Assembly (NCBI GenBank): GCA_963842815.1
Contig: CAWJHU010000003.1
Coordinates: 91,683 to 155,682 of the forward strand
Length of the DNA stretch: 64,000 nucleotides
Source: Candidatus Nomurabacteria bacterium
GTDB taxonomy: Bacteria > Patescibacteriota > Minisyncoccia > Phycocordibacterales > UBA9973
Direction of reading: 5' to 3'
In this document: piece by piece, positions 1 to 13,782 of the stretch
How the letters are laid out: each line of letters opens with the position of its first letter
How positions within the stretch are numbered: the stretch's first letter is position 1
Notes under the pieces: model-generated
The model's database searches: none
What the model saw: only the letters and a program-made list of their open reading frames with translations
What the model was told of the DNA's origin: nothing
Program-made: the position numbers and the translations under genes

Positions 1-413
1 ACCGAGGAAGTCGTAAATTTTATATTCGCATCACCGACAGCCTTCGCCTTAAAAGACAGAGTGGCAATTGTACCGTCATTACCCTGAAAACCACTTAATA
101 TAATTCCCTCCATACTGACAATACCGCTTATATTTGAATAAGACGGGTCCACGGACCAAAGGCCGATAATGGAATTATCTTTGGAAACGGAACCCAAAGT
201 TAATAAATCTTTTGGAAAAGAAATAGAGACGGAAATTGCGTTGGCGGATTGGTTGGGACTTGATAAGACAATGCGAACTTTTATGGTATCGCCTACGTTA
301 TAGGAACCGGAAGAAGGCGACAAAATAAGGTCGGAGGCAAAGGCGGAGCGCCCCAAAAATAAGACGAATAGAAAAAAGAAAAATAATAATAATTTTCTAT
401 TAAATTTTTTCAT
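1..413 (-). CDS. Cohesin-like domain secreted protein (N-terminal part; gene runs off the window start)
   Basis: ATG at 413 on the minus strand. Translation: MKKFNRKLLLFFFLFVLFLGRSAFA (signal peptide) then SDLILSPSSGSYNVGDTIKVRIVLSS...ISFPKDLLTLGSVSKDNSIIGLWSVDPSYSNISGIVSMEGIIL...GTIATLSFKAKAVGDANIKF. This matches the cohesin-domain pattern of CPR cohesin proteins. Not in the ORF track because it is truncated. Confidence 0.55.
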   Translation of the reverse strand, partial: MKKFNRKLLLFFFFLFVLFLGRSAFASDLILSPSSGSYNVGDTIKVRIVLSSPNQSANAISVSISFPKDLLTLGSVSKDNSIIGLWSVDPSYSNISGIVSMEGIILSGFQGNDGTIATLSFKAKAVGDANIKFTTSS

Positions 414-474
414 ACAATAATTATACATTGTGAAAGCGTAAATTACAAATAAAATATGTGATAAAAATAAACAA

Positions 475-2259
475 TTATCCGGTCCAATAATATGCCAAAA
501 TACTAAAATCGATTAAATTTACAACTCCATCGCCATTTAAATCAACAGTAGCCGGCGGATTTTTTTTCTTGTACCAAAACGCCTCAATGGAAAAGTCGAT
601 CAGGTTGGTTTTATTATCATTATTCAAATCGGCCTTTGAGGAAGTAATCACTGTTTTTTTCTGCACAACATTTTGGTCCGCCACGGTGAATGCCACCGTT
701 TTGCCGTAAGAACTGATTGTTCCATCTTTAGCCACCTTTGATTTTGCGGTGTGGTCCCCAAGATCCAATTCGGACGAATCTACAACTTGCAGATATACTC
801 CGTTTTTGTCCGAGTTTACCGTTTTAAATATTTCCTGTTCGGAATTGATTGTAATGGTAACCTGACTGGTCGGCGCCGACTGTCCAAAAAAAGTTATATT
901 GTCGCCTTTTTTAACTTGCGATTTATCAACAGCCAAAGTCGGGGCGAGAAAAATCCCACCGATGTTGGTACTTGCCCCGGCCGTAAGAGACACCGGAAAA
1001 GTAAGAAGAGAAGAACGATTGCCCTGATTGTCTTCCGCGTAAACACTGAAGATATAACTGCCGGCGGTAAGGCCATTCACATTAATTAAAAAATTTGCGT
1101 CTTCCCCTGCCTTTGTGGAAACAAGCACTTGGGCATCCTTTAACAGCACCACGGTGCTATTGGGATATGCCCGGCCGGAAAAAGTAGTTGCGTTTGAAAC
1201 AGGAATTATATTTACATATGCGTTTCCCCCACCACTCCCTCCGGTACTTCCGCTGTTGTTATTATTATTTGAAGTGGCAGCGCCTAAAATAGCAAAGTTG
1301 CTAAAATGGGTAGTGGTTGCGCTGATAGTTTTGTGTACCGTATCCAAACTTTGATTGCTCAATGCCGACCATTGACTGCCATCCCAGCGATAAAGCTGCA
1401 AACTTGATTCGCTTAAACCGGAAATATCGGCATCCGTATAGGAAATGGTAATTGTAATGGGTTGAGTAAAGGTGCTGACCTGTGTTAAATCGCTTTCCTT
1501 ATAAATGCTAAAATTATATATGGTGCCGGCTGCAACTTTGTCACTGGGTACGGGGAGTGTAGCGCTAACCTCAGTTTTAGGAAAAGAAGATAACGACATT
1601 TTAAAAGTATCATCATTGGCCAAAGTGTTGGCCGGAATATTTATTGTTGCCACAGTGTTATCCGAACTGGTTAAAGATTTGGAAACGGTTTGGGTTGGAA
1701 TAATTGAATTGACTGTTTCGCTGGAAGTTATATGCACAGTGGAAATCGGAGTGGCACCTACCGCCGCCGATTCGTTAAGTAAAATTCCAAGAGAATAGGA
1801 ACGTATTTTGAAAAAATATGGAGTGCCATTTGCTAGACCTGTTTTTATGTAGGTCAAAACATTGCCCACAGAGGTAAATGTGTAAGTTCCGCCGGAGGAT
1901 GTACTAACGCCAACTTCATAGTTTGTGATATTAGCAAAAATACCCGTGGCAGAAGTCCAATTAAGGATTACCTGGGAATCGCCGGCTGTGGCCGAAACTA
2001 TAGGAGAAGAAGCCATAGAAAAATATAAAGAACCGGCATCCTGTAAAAAATCGGAGCCGGAACTTTGTCCGTTGGTCAACTCTCCTGTACTGCCCAAATA
2101 TTGAAAATTAGGAGAGGATGCTTGTCCTCCACCTGTAATATCCGTTGAATTTTCCAGTTTAAAATTTGTACTGGTGGAATCTGCCTGGGCAAAATTGAAA
2201 AATATTACTCCAAGAATAATTACGAAAATAAAAGAGTATTTATTATTTAAAAAATTCAT
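475..2259 (-). CDS. Secreted surface protein with a C-terminal dockerin-type duplicated Ca-binding repeat
   Basis: N-terminal signal peptide MNFLNNKYSFIFVIILGVIFFNFAQA. Ser/Thr/Gly-rich beta-rich body. C-terminus DLNNDNKTNLIDFSI...DLNGDGVVNLIDFSILAYYW is two dockerin type I segments. Confidence 0.65.
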   Translation of the reverse strand: MNFLNNKYSFIFVIILGVIFFNFAQADSTSTNFKLENSTDITGGGQASSPNFQYLGSTGELTNGQSSGSDFLQDAGSLYFSMASSPIVSATAGDSQVILNWTSATGIFANITNYEVGVSTSSGGTYTFTSVGNVLTYIKTGLANGTPYFFKIRSYSLGILLNESAAVGATPISTVHITSSETVNSIIPTQTVSKSLTSSDNTVATINIPANTLANDDTFKMSLSSFPKTEVSATLPVPSDKVAAGTIYNFSIYKESDLTQVSTFTQPITITISYTDADISGLSESSLQLYRWDGSQWSALSNQSLDTVHKTISATTTHFSNFAILGAATSNNNNNSGSTGGSGGGNAYVNIIPVSNATTFSGRAYPNSTVVLLKDAQVLVSTKAGEDANFLINVNGLTAGSYIFSVYAEDNQGNRSSLLTFPVSLTAGASTNIGGIFLAPTLAVDKSQVKKGDNITFFGQSAPTSQVTITINSEQEIFKTVNSDKNGVYLQVVDSSELDLGDHTAKSKVAKDGTISSYGKTVAFTVADQNVVQKKTVITSSKADLNNDNKTNLIDFSIEAFWYKKKNPPATVDLNGDGVVNLIDFSILAYYWTG

Positions 2260-2278
2260 TTATGTATATTAAAAAGAT

Positions 2279-6420
<4,142 letters not shown>

Positions 6421-7239
6421 TTGCCAGGAAGGTAATCCAGACGAAACAACAAGTCCCTGTCCACTATTTCCAATACCAAGTCGCGCAAAGTTACCGTTAC
6501 TGTTTCTATAAAAAATATCACCAGTTGCATCAGAACCGAGATTGAGAGCAAGACCTCCTGACGATATGCTTCCTGTAATGTTAAGCGCTCCGGAATTTAA
6601 AACAGGAATTTGATTGCCGGTAGGAGTTTGAGAAGGGATAAAACCACTGACTGTTTTTGAATTAAGCGCATAGGCGGCAGAAACAATTCTTTGACGCGGA
6701 CTAAGGGTTTCAAAAGAAGTTGCCGAAGCACAAGAGCCAGAAATAGAATTGGCAACATCAATATTTAAATAAACTTCATCAGCACTATTGAAATCAAAAT
6801 TAAGAGCATCCCCGCCGATTGATGTATCGCCAATATCTGCGCTAAGGACTCCATTTTTTACATTGACCGTCATTTTGGATGGAAGATTGGACGGCCATAA
6901 CCTTGTTCCGGCTGTTGCGCTATTATAGAAAGAAAATTTAAAACAATAATTGGTTCCGGAAGAACCGCCTAAAAGATTCCCTGATGAATCAAGTAAAATT
7001 CCTTGATGATGCAAAAGTGAAGGTGCGCCGGCGGCAGAAACAGTATTAAAAACTAAAATGGACACCCAAAAAAGCACCGCAAACAAGCGAGCGATATTAT
7101 TTTTACAAAAAAATCGTTGTGGTGTTTTTTTTATTATCAAATCTATTTTTTACAGTGGATAAATAAATCATACACTGTCTGTATATTATAGGGCAAAAAT
7201 ATATTGGAAGCAATCAAAGAAGGAACGCCGTGTGGAAAA

Positions 7240-8670
7240 TCATTCGTCTATTATTTCAAAGTCATTTCCTGCTGTTTGGGAAGTAATTTTTCTCTTGCGG
7301 CTGCGAATAAAATAAGTGGCGCTTGTGCTAATCCCTAAAAAAGCAACCAAGCCTAATATTCCATATTTGAAGTTATCTTTTGTGGCAGTATTATTTGGAG
7401 GAATTTGAGCCAATAAATTATCAACGGGTATCTCGGCCGTTGCATTGCTATTATCTTTCGCCGTGGATATTTTTGCCGAAGCGGAACTATTTGTTAAAGT
7501 TTTTATTGGCTTCTGTAGAGCTGCATAATCAAAAATCGTTTCTCCCTGTGGATTTATCAATTTTAAAGTATCTTTATCTAAAATTGAAAAATTGGTAATT
7601 TTTGAAGAGACCATCATCTTGCTTTTTGATTTAAGAATCGTATTTTTGGGCAGAGTAAAACTTCTTTCGGCACTCGAGAGAACCCATTTTGAAAGGTCCG
7701 CATCATAATTGGTATTATTGGAAATTTCCACAAAAAAATCTTTTTCATCTCCAACCCTGCTTATGGAAATATCTGCCGGCACTATTTTGATAGTTATTTT
7801 GTCCGAAGCATTCGGGTTTTCGGAATAATAATTCTGATAATATTCCAGGGATACGGCATATTCACCCTCGTAGAAAAAAGTGTGTGTAAATTTTGTTGCA
7901 TCGGTAAGTTTTATTTCTTTGGAATCTCCATCGCCGAAATTCCAGAAATATTTTCCGGAAAAAAGAGATTCGCCGGAATACCCTGTAGCACTGGCATTGA
8001 ATAAAACAGGCATGCCGACAAAAGCGAGCGTTGGAGCTATAATTTTTGTTTTAATTTGGGGAATTTCAATTGCTTTTGTTTTTGTGTCAACCGTATCTTG
8101 CGCGGAAAAACTATTGGCCGGAAGCCCATAGCTGACGGAACTATTATTGGATTCCGCCGTGGAGCCGGCAGAAATATAATTGGGCGCACCCGGAGTGGGC
8201 GAAGCTGCCTGCCATAGGTTGTTAAAAAATTGCAAAGAATTCCCGGTACCCGAAGCATCCGCCAAAGTTGTATAAGTTACGGAATTAATAATTTTTTTAT
8301 CTGAATCGGAGATGGCTTTATAGGTATTATATTTGGAGCTATCGTTGGGTAAAGAAAATTGAGAGGAACTAAAAACTGTTCCGGAAAAGGAATTCCAATC
8401 GGCGGTGGAGGTTATTATGGCATAGCTTCCGCCGGACAAGAGAGCGGACCCTTTTTGCAGTCTAAGCGGAGCGGAATCGTCCGCGTTGTTAAAAAACCTC
8501 CAGTCAGTCAAATCAACAGAATTATTCCCTGAATTAAAAATTTCTATCCATTCAGCTTCGCCATTTATCGGCGCATACATTATTTCATTTATAATTACCT
8601 CCGCCCGAGCCAGTCGAAATGAAAACAAAAAAATAAACCCCAACAAAATTAAAATTGTTTTTTTAGACAT
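7240..8670 (-). CDS. Lamin-tail-domain (LTD) surface protein with a C-terminal TM anchor
   Basis: Signal peptide MSKKTILILLGFIFLFSFRLARA followed by EVIINEIMYAPINGEAEWIEIFNSGNNSVDLTDWRF (LTD consensus INEI...EWIEL.N...V.L.GW). C-terminal hydrophobic helix plus basic tail YGILGLVAFLGISTSATYFIRSRKRK. Confidence 0.6.
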   Translation of the reverse strand: MSKKTILILLGFIFLFSFRLARAEVIINEIMYAPINGEAEWIEIFNSGNNSVDLTDWRFFNNADDSAPLRLQKGSALLSGGSYAIITSTADWNSFSGTVFSSSQFSLPNDSSKYNTYKAISDSDKKIINSVTYTTLADASGTGNSLQFFNNLWQAASPTPGAPNYISAGSTAESNNSSVSYGLPANSFSAQDTVDTKTKAIEIPQIKTKIIAPTLAFVGMPVLFNASATGYSGESLFSGKYFWNFGDGDSKEIKLTDATKFTHTFFYEGEYAVSLEYYQNYYSENPNASDKITIKIVPADISISRVGDEKDFFVEISNNTNYDADLSKWVLSSAERSFTLPKNTILKSKSKMMVSSKITNFSILDKDTLKLINPQGETIFDYAALQKPIKTLTNSSASAKISTAKDNSNATAEIPVDNLLAQIPPNNTATKDNFKYGILGLVAFLGISTSATYFIRSRKRKITSQTAGNDFEIIDE

Positions 8671-8713
8671 AGTTATTATTAATATTTTTAATTAAATATG
8701 CTATGATTATAGC

Positions 8714-9706
8714 ATGAAAAAAATAGATTTTCTTGCTATTGGAGATATAGTGATAGACGCTTTTATAAAATTAAAAGATGCCCATGTGCATTGCAAGCTG
8801 GACACGGATGCCTGTGAACTTTGTTTGAGTTTTGGAGACAAAGTACCCTATGAATCGGTGCATATCATTCCCGCCGTTGGCAATAGTCCGAATTCTGCTG
8901 TCTGCGCCGCAAGGCTTGGATTAAATTCCGCTCTGGTGGCCAATATAGGAAACGACCAAAATGGCAAGGACTGCCTGGCTTCTCTCAAAAAAGATAAAGT
9001 TATAACCAAATACATCGCCACTGAAAAAAATAAAAAAACAAATTATCATTACGTTCTTTGGTATGACGTTGACCGAACAATTTTAATCAAGCATACGGAA
9101 TTTAATTATAAATTTCCAAAACTGAAAGAAGTTTCTTGGATATACCTGAGCTCCTTGGCCCCCGATTCTCTGCCCTATCATCAACAGATAGCCGAGTATC
9201 TAAAAAATAATCCAAAAACAAAACTGGCTTTTCAACCGGGCACTTTTCAAATACAATTTGGCACTGAAAATTTAAAAGAAATTTATGCGCGGACGGAAAT
9301 CTTTTTCTGCAACCTTGAAGAAGCTGAAAGAATTTTAAAAATTGAAAATAGAGATGTTTTGACTTTGTCAAAAGGTATTGCTATCTTGGGACCTAAAATG
9401 GTTGTCATAAGCGACGGTCCCAATGGCGCTTATCTTTATATGAACAGAGAATTATGGCACAATCCTATTTATCCGGATATAGCACCGCCCTACGAACGCA
9501 CGGGTGCGGGAGATGCTTTCTCTTCAACATTTACTGCCGCTCTGGCTCTAGGCAAATCCCCTCTTGAGGCATTTTCCTGGGGGCCGGTAAATGCCATGTC
9601 CGTGGTCCAAAAAATAGGCGCCCAGGCAGGATTGCTTAGCCGTGAAAAATTAGAAGAGTATTTAAAAGTTGCGCCGGAAAGTTATAAAGTTAAAAAAATA
9701 AATTAA
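8714..9706 (+). CDS. PfkB-family carbohydrate kinase (ribokinase-like)
   Basis: C-terminal PfkB signature ERTGAGDAFSSTFTAALALG. N-terminal DIVIDAF...GDKV sugar-binding region. Confidence 0.7.
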   Translation: MKKIDFLAIGDIVIDAFIKLKDAHVHCKLDTDACELCLSFGDKVPYESVHIIPAVGNSPNSAVCAARLGLNSALVANIGNDQNGKDCLASLKKDKVITKYIATEKNKKTNYHYVLWYDVDRTILIKHTEFNYKFPKLKEVSWIYLSSLAPDSLPYHQQIAEYLKNNPKTKLAFQPGTFQIQFGTENLKEIYARTEIFFCNLEEAERILKIENRDVLTLSKGIAILGPKMVVISDGPNGAYLYMNRELWHNPIYPDIAPPYERTGAGDAFSSTFTAALALGKSPLEAFSWGPVNAMSVVQKIGAQAGLLSREKLEEYLKVAPESYKVKKIN

Positions 9707-10705
9707 TTAGATTTTTCTCTTTAATACTTTTTCTACCGCCAGCATAATATCAGATACATCCATCTTGTAGTGTTTTATCAGTTCATCCGATGTGCCTGAT
9801 TGACCAAAGCTATTTTTAACCCCGATAAATTCCACGGGTACAGGATAATTTTGCGCAAGCACCTCGGCCACAGCCGAACCCATTCCTCCCGCTATTTGAT
9901 GGTCTTCCACGGTCACAATTGCCTTGGTTTCTTTAGCTAAAGCTATAATTGCTTTTTCGTCTATTGGTTTTATGGAACACAAATTCATTACTTTGCTTTT
10001 TATTCCTTTGGCTTCCAGTTCTTTCGCCGCCAGCATCGCGCGGTGAACAAATCCGCCGGTAGCGATAATTCCCACCTGTGCCAGCCCCGCATCCGGCAAC
10101 CAAAAAATTTGTGCCCTGCCTATTTCAAACGGAGTTTCTTCTGTTGTTAAAACCGGTGTTTTTTCACGAACCAAACGTAAATATTCCGGTTTTTTTGTTT
10201 TAGCTAATGCCAAAGTTGCTTTTTTTGCTTCTATTGAATCGCAAGGAGAAATAACATCCATATTGGGCAACACTCGCATTAGGGCAATATCTTCCAGCGC
10301 TTGATGGCTTCCTCCGTCCGCCCCGACGGAAACACCAACATGGGAGCCAATTATTTTTACCGGCCTGTTGTTGTAGGCTATGGTGGTCCTTATCTGTTCC
10401 CAATTTCTGCCCGGAGAAAAAATAGCAAAGGAAGCGCAAAAAGGAATTTTACCCATGGCCGCCAAACCGGAAGCCACCGTTGCCAAATTTTGTTCCGCCA
10501 CTCCCATTTCTATAAATCTTTCAGGAAATTTTTCTTTAAATAAATTCATCTGCACGGATTCGGTCAAATCCGCGCAAAGAGCCACAATATTTTTATCATT
10601 TTCTCCCGCTAATACCAACCCCTGTCCAAATCCTTTTCGGATGGGCGCCTGCTCGCAGTCTTGGCTGAATATTTTTGGATTTAATTTTAAATCTGGATTT
10701 AACAT
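9707..10705 (-). CDS. Transketolase, C-terminal subunit (pyrimidine-binding and C-terminal domains)
   Basis: FIEMGVAEQNLATVASGLAAMGKIPFCASFAIF, GSHVGVSVGADGGSHQALEDIALMR. Lies immediately downstream of the N-terminal subunit gene with a 4-nt gap. Confidence 0.85.
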   Translation of the reverse strand: MLNPDLKLNPKIFSQDCEQAPIRKGFGQGLVLAGENDKNIVALCADLTESVQMNLFKEKFPERFIEMGVAEQNLATVASGLAAMGKIPFCASFAIFSPGRNWEQIRTTIAYNNRPVKIIGSHVGVSVGADGGSHQALEDIALMRVLPNMDVISPCDSIEAKKATLALAKTKKPEYLRLVREKTPVLTTEETPFEIGRAQIFWLPDAGLAQVGIIATGGFVHRAMLAAKELEAKGIKSKVMNLCSIKPIDEKAIIALAKETKAIVTVEDHQIAGGMGSAVAEVLAQNYPVPVEFIGVKNSFGQSGTSDELIKHYKMDVSDIMLAVEKVLKRKI

Positions 10706-10709
10706 AAAT

Positions 10710-11552
10710 TTACACGGGCCTATAATTTTCTAATTCTTTCAAAGCCATCTCCCCTTCTTCTTTATTGGGCGCTTTGCCATGCCATTTATAATCCCTTTCA
10801 AATTCTTTCACGCCTTTGCCGGGAATAGTATGGGCAATAATAACCACCGGTTTTTCTTTTATTTCTTTCGCTTCTTTCACTGTTTTCTCCAGAGCTTTAA
10901 AATCATGCCCGGAAACTTCCAGCACCTGCCAATTAAAGGCTTGCCATTTATCTGCCAGCGGTTCAAGGGGCATAATGTGTTCGGTATTTCCATCTATTTG
11001 AATATTATTTCTATCCACAATGGCAATTAAATTTTGCAATTTATTTTTTCCCGCAAACATTATCGCCTCCCAAGTATTTCCTTCGTCCAATTCTCCGTCG
11101 GACATAAAACAATAAATAAATCGTTCTCTGTCTTTTTTGTCCATTTTATCTGCCAAAGCCATACCTATCGCTTGGGAAAGTCCGGAACCCAGGGGTCCGG
11201 AAGAAGTCTCCAAAAAGGGTAAATATTCCCTATGCGGATGTCCTTGTAATCTTGACCCAAATTTCCGCAAAGTTTTTAATTCCTCAATGGGAAAATATCC
11301 GCTGTGCGCCATGGCCGCGTATAAGACCGGACAAATATGACCATTGGAAAGAATTACTCTGTCTCGTTCCGGCCAAAACGGGTCTTTGGGATTGTGCTTC
11401 AAAGTATGAAAATAAAAAAGGGTAAAAATATCAGCCATGCCGAGGGGACCTGCCGTATGCCCACTTTTTGCTTCCACCAGCATTTTAATAATACTTTGGC
11501 GAAGGTCATTCGCTTTTATTTCCAGTTCTTTGATTTTGTCTTCGGTCAACAT
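10710..11552 (-). CDS. Transketolase, N-terminal subunit (thiamine-diphosphate-binding domain)
   Basis: GHTAGPLGMADIFTLFY, LSNGHICPVLYAAMAHSGY, GPLGSGLSQAIGMALA, FMSDGELDEGNTWEA (TPP-binding GDG...N motif). Confidence 0.85.
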   Translation of the reverse strand: MLTEDKIKELEIKANDLRQSIIKMLVEAKSGHTAGPLGMADIFTLFYFHTLKHNPKDPFWPERDRVILSNGHICPVLYAAMAHSGYFPIEELKTLRKFGSRLQGHPHREYLPFLETSSGPLGSGLSQAIGMALADKMDKKDRERFIYCFMSDGELDEGNTWEAIMFAGKNKLQNLIAIVDRNNIQIDGNTEHIMPLEPLADKWQAFNWQVLEVSGHDFKALEKTVKEAKEIKEKPVVIIAHTIPGKGVKEFERDYKWHGKAPNKEEGEMALKELENYRPV

Positions 11553-11553
11553 A

Positions 11554-12249
11554 TTATAAATTTCTAAATTCCTCTATGGTTTCAATTATATCATCCGTTT
11601 TAAAAATCGCTGAGCCGATAATAAGGCGAGTGGCGCCCGCGCTTACTAGCGCGGGCGCATTTTCAAAATCTATTCCCCCATCCACGGATATTTCAAGGTC
11701 GGGAAATTTTTCTTTCAGTATTTTTATATCCTCAAAGACTTTTTCATTAAATTCTTGCCCCTGAAAACCAACTTTGTCTATACCCATACATTGCACAAAA
11801 TCAACATCATTAATTAAAGGAAAAATTTGTTCCAGAGAAGTTTCTATATTAAGAGCTATGCCTATTTGTATCATTTCTCTCACATATATATCCATGCCCT
11901 CCAAAAAATTTTTAAATTCTTTCAAATCACCTACCGCTTCAATGTGAAAAACTATTCTTTTTGCCCCGAGCTTAGAATAAATATCAAAATTTTCTACCGC
12001 ATCGGACACCATCAGGTCAAGCTCAAAATCAATATCTTCCCAAAAAGGCATTCCCTCTTCCTCGTTTAAAATTCTATGAAAATTATAATCATTAATTCCT
12101 TCCGTAGAAAAAGGCCAAGTCTTGGACGGCACAAAAATCCCGTCGCAAATATCTATTTGCACAATGGGAACTACTCCGCGCACCAGCGCTATTTTATTTT
12201 TTAAATCTTCGTAATTTTTCGGCAATATTGCTGGAATTATTTCAGCCAT
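11554..12249 (-). CDS. rpe: Ribulose-phosphate 3-epimerase-like (TIM-barrel sugar-phosphate epimerase)
   Basis: IIPAILPKNYEDL...IVQIDICDGIFVPSKTWP resembles the Rpe hhDvMDG.FVPN motif. C-terminal DGGI...LVSAGATRLIIGSAIFK. Sits in the operon with rpiB, tkt and gap. Confidence 0.55.
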   Translation of the reverse strand: MAEIIPAILPKNYEDLKNKIALVRGVVPIVQIDICDGIFVPSKTWPFSTEGINDYNFHRILNEEEGMPFWEDIDFELDLMVSDAVENFDIYSKLGAKRIVFHIEAVGDLKEFKNFLEGMDIYVREMIQIGIALNIETSLEQIFPLINDVDFVQCMGIDKVGFQGQEFNEKVFEDIKILKEKFPDLEISVDGGIDFENAPALVSAGATRLIIGSAIFKTDDIIETIEEFRNL

Positions 12250-12253
12250 AGGC

Positions 12254-12727
12254 TTATATTTTGATTTCGTCTATTTTCCCCAAGCGACGAATATGTCTTT
12301 CGTCAAAACTGAAAGGGGTATTGAGCCAAAGATTGACCGCCTCCATCATGGTTTCTTCCGTAAAATATCTGGCGCCCAGAGAAAGAATATTTGAATTATT
12401 ATGTTGTCTGGACCTGACTATAATATTTGATTCATCATCCACCACAGGTTTTGCATTGCCGTAAAAAACAACTGCCCGAACATGGGGAAATTTATTTGCG
12501 GCAATAGCTTCTCCCTCCCCTGTGCCACCGAGAATTATGCCTTTTGAACCATCTGGATTTTTTGAAATTTCTCGGGCGACCGGCACAACAAAATCCGGAT
12601 AGTCATCATTTTCATCATATTTAAAAGCGCCTTTATCTATGACTTCATATCCTTGAAGTTTTAGGGAAGAAACCAACCTTTCTTTTAAGACATATCCGGC
12701 ATGGTCTGTCCCAACAAAAATTTTCAT
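12254..12727 (-). CDS. rpiB: Ribose-5-phosphate isomerase B (RpiB/LacAB family)
   Basis: MKIFVGTDHAGYVLKERLVSSLKLQGYEVIDKG...GIILGGTGEGEAIAANK matches the RpiB N-terminus and core. Confidence 0.85.
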   Translation of the reverse strand: MKIFVGTDHAGYVLKERLVSSLKLQGYEVIDKGAFKYDENDDYPDFVVPVAREISKNPDGSKGIILGGTGEGEAIAANKFPHVRAVVFYGNAKPVVDDESNIIVRSRQHNNSNILSLGARYFTEETMMEAVNLWLNTPFSFDERHIRRLGKIDEIKI

Positions 12728-12728
12728 A

Positions 12729-13754
12729 TTATTTAATAGTTTCTCCTGTTTTTATAACATGTTCGACCAATGTGTAGGTATACCCCATTTCATTATCGTA
12801 CCAGCCCAAAACTTTTACCAGATTGCCGTCAACAACACGAGTCATTTCCAGGTCAGCGATAGATGCATGTGATTCCCCTAATATATCCGAGGAAACTAAT
12901 GGTTCATGGGTGACGGCAAATATTTTCTCCCACTTTTTGTCTTTTGCCGCTTTTTCTAAAATTGCGTTCACTTCTTCCTTGGTGGTATTTTTCTTAGAAA
13001 TAAAAGTAATGTCTACGATAGACCCAGCCACTACCGGCACGCGGATGGAAATTCCGTCAAATAATCCTTTTAATTCCGGGAATGCTTCGGTCACGGCAAT
13101 GGCTGCGCCGGTGGAACTTGGCACTATATTTTGGGCGGCTGCGCGTCCTTCGCGCAAATCTTTTTTACTTGGTCCGTCAACAAGCGCTTGGGAAGCGGTA
13201 TATCCGTGCACGGTATTTAAAATTGCTTTTTCAATGCCAAGCGTCTCATGCAAAATCGCAATCAATGGACTGGCTGCATTGGTGGTGCAGGATGCATTGG
13301 AAGTAATATCGCAAGTGCCGAATTTGTTTTCATTTATGCCAAGTAAAATAGTTTCGCCCTGCACATTTCCTTCGCTTCCTTTGGACGGTGCAGAAATGAC
13401 AACTTTCTTCGCGCCCTGGTCAATATGAAATTTTGCTTTGTCATAGGAAGTAAACAATCCGGTGGATTCAACCACCACATCAATGCTTAATTCCTTCCAA
13501 GGAAGTTTCGTAGTATCTTTTTCGGAAATAAATTTAATTATTTTTCCATCAATTATTAAATTGGAACCGGAAATTTCCACTTTGTGATTCCAATTTCGGT
13601 AAACAGTATCGTGGCGCAATAAATAAGCCAAACTTTCTATGGAACCCAAATCATTTATCGCTACTATCTCAATCTCCGGCCGTTCCCAAGCTATCTTTAA
13701 AAACGCCCTACCTATCCTGCCAAAACCATTTATAGCTATTTTGATGTTCTTCAT
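12729..13754 (-). CDS. gap: Glyceraldehyde-3-phosphate dehydrogenase, type I
   Basis: N-terminal INGFGRIGR NAD-binding motif. Active-site region SNASCTTNAASPL. C-terminal WYDNEMGYT. Confidence 0.9.
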   Translation of the reverse strand: MKNIKIAINGFGRIGRAFLKIAWERPEIEIVAINDLGSIESLAYLLRHDTVYRNWNHKVEISGSNLIIDGKIIKFISEKDTTKLPWKELSIDVVVESTGLFTSYDKAKFHIDQGAKKVVISAPSKGSEGNVQGETILLGINENKFGTCDITSNASCTTNAASPLIAILHETLGIEKAILNTVHGYTASQALVDGPSKKDLREGRAAAQNIVPSSTGAAIAVTEAFPELKGLFDGISIRVPVVAGSIVDITFISKKNTTKEEVNAILEKAAKDKKWEKIFAVTHEPLVSSDILGESHASIADLEMTRVVDGNLVKVLGWYDNEMGYTYTLVEHVIKTGETIK

Positions 13755-13782
13755 ATGTGCTATTATATTAAAAATGAAAGAA

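Noticed and set aside
13639-13782. Upstream extension of the dnaE ORF to 13639
   Set aside because: It would overlap the 5' end of gap on the other strand. The conserved PHP-domain sequence begins right after the ATG at 13783.
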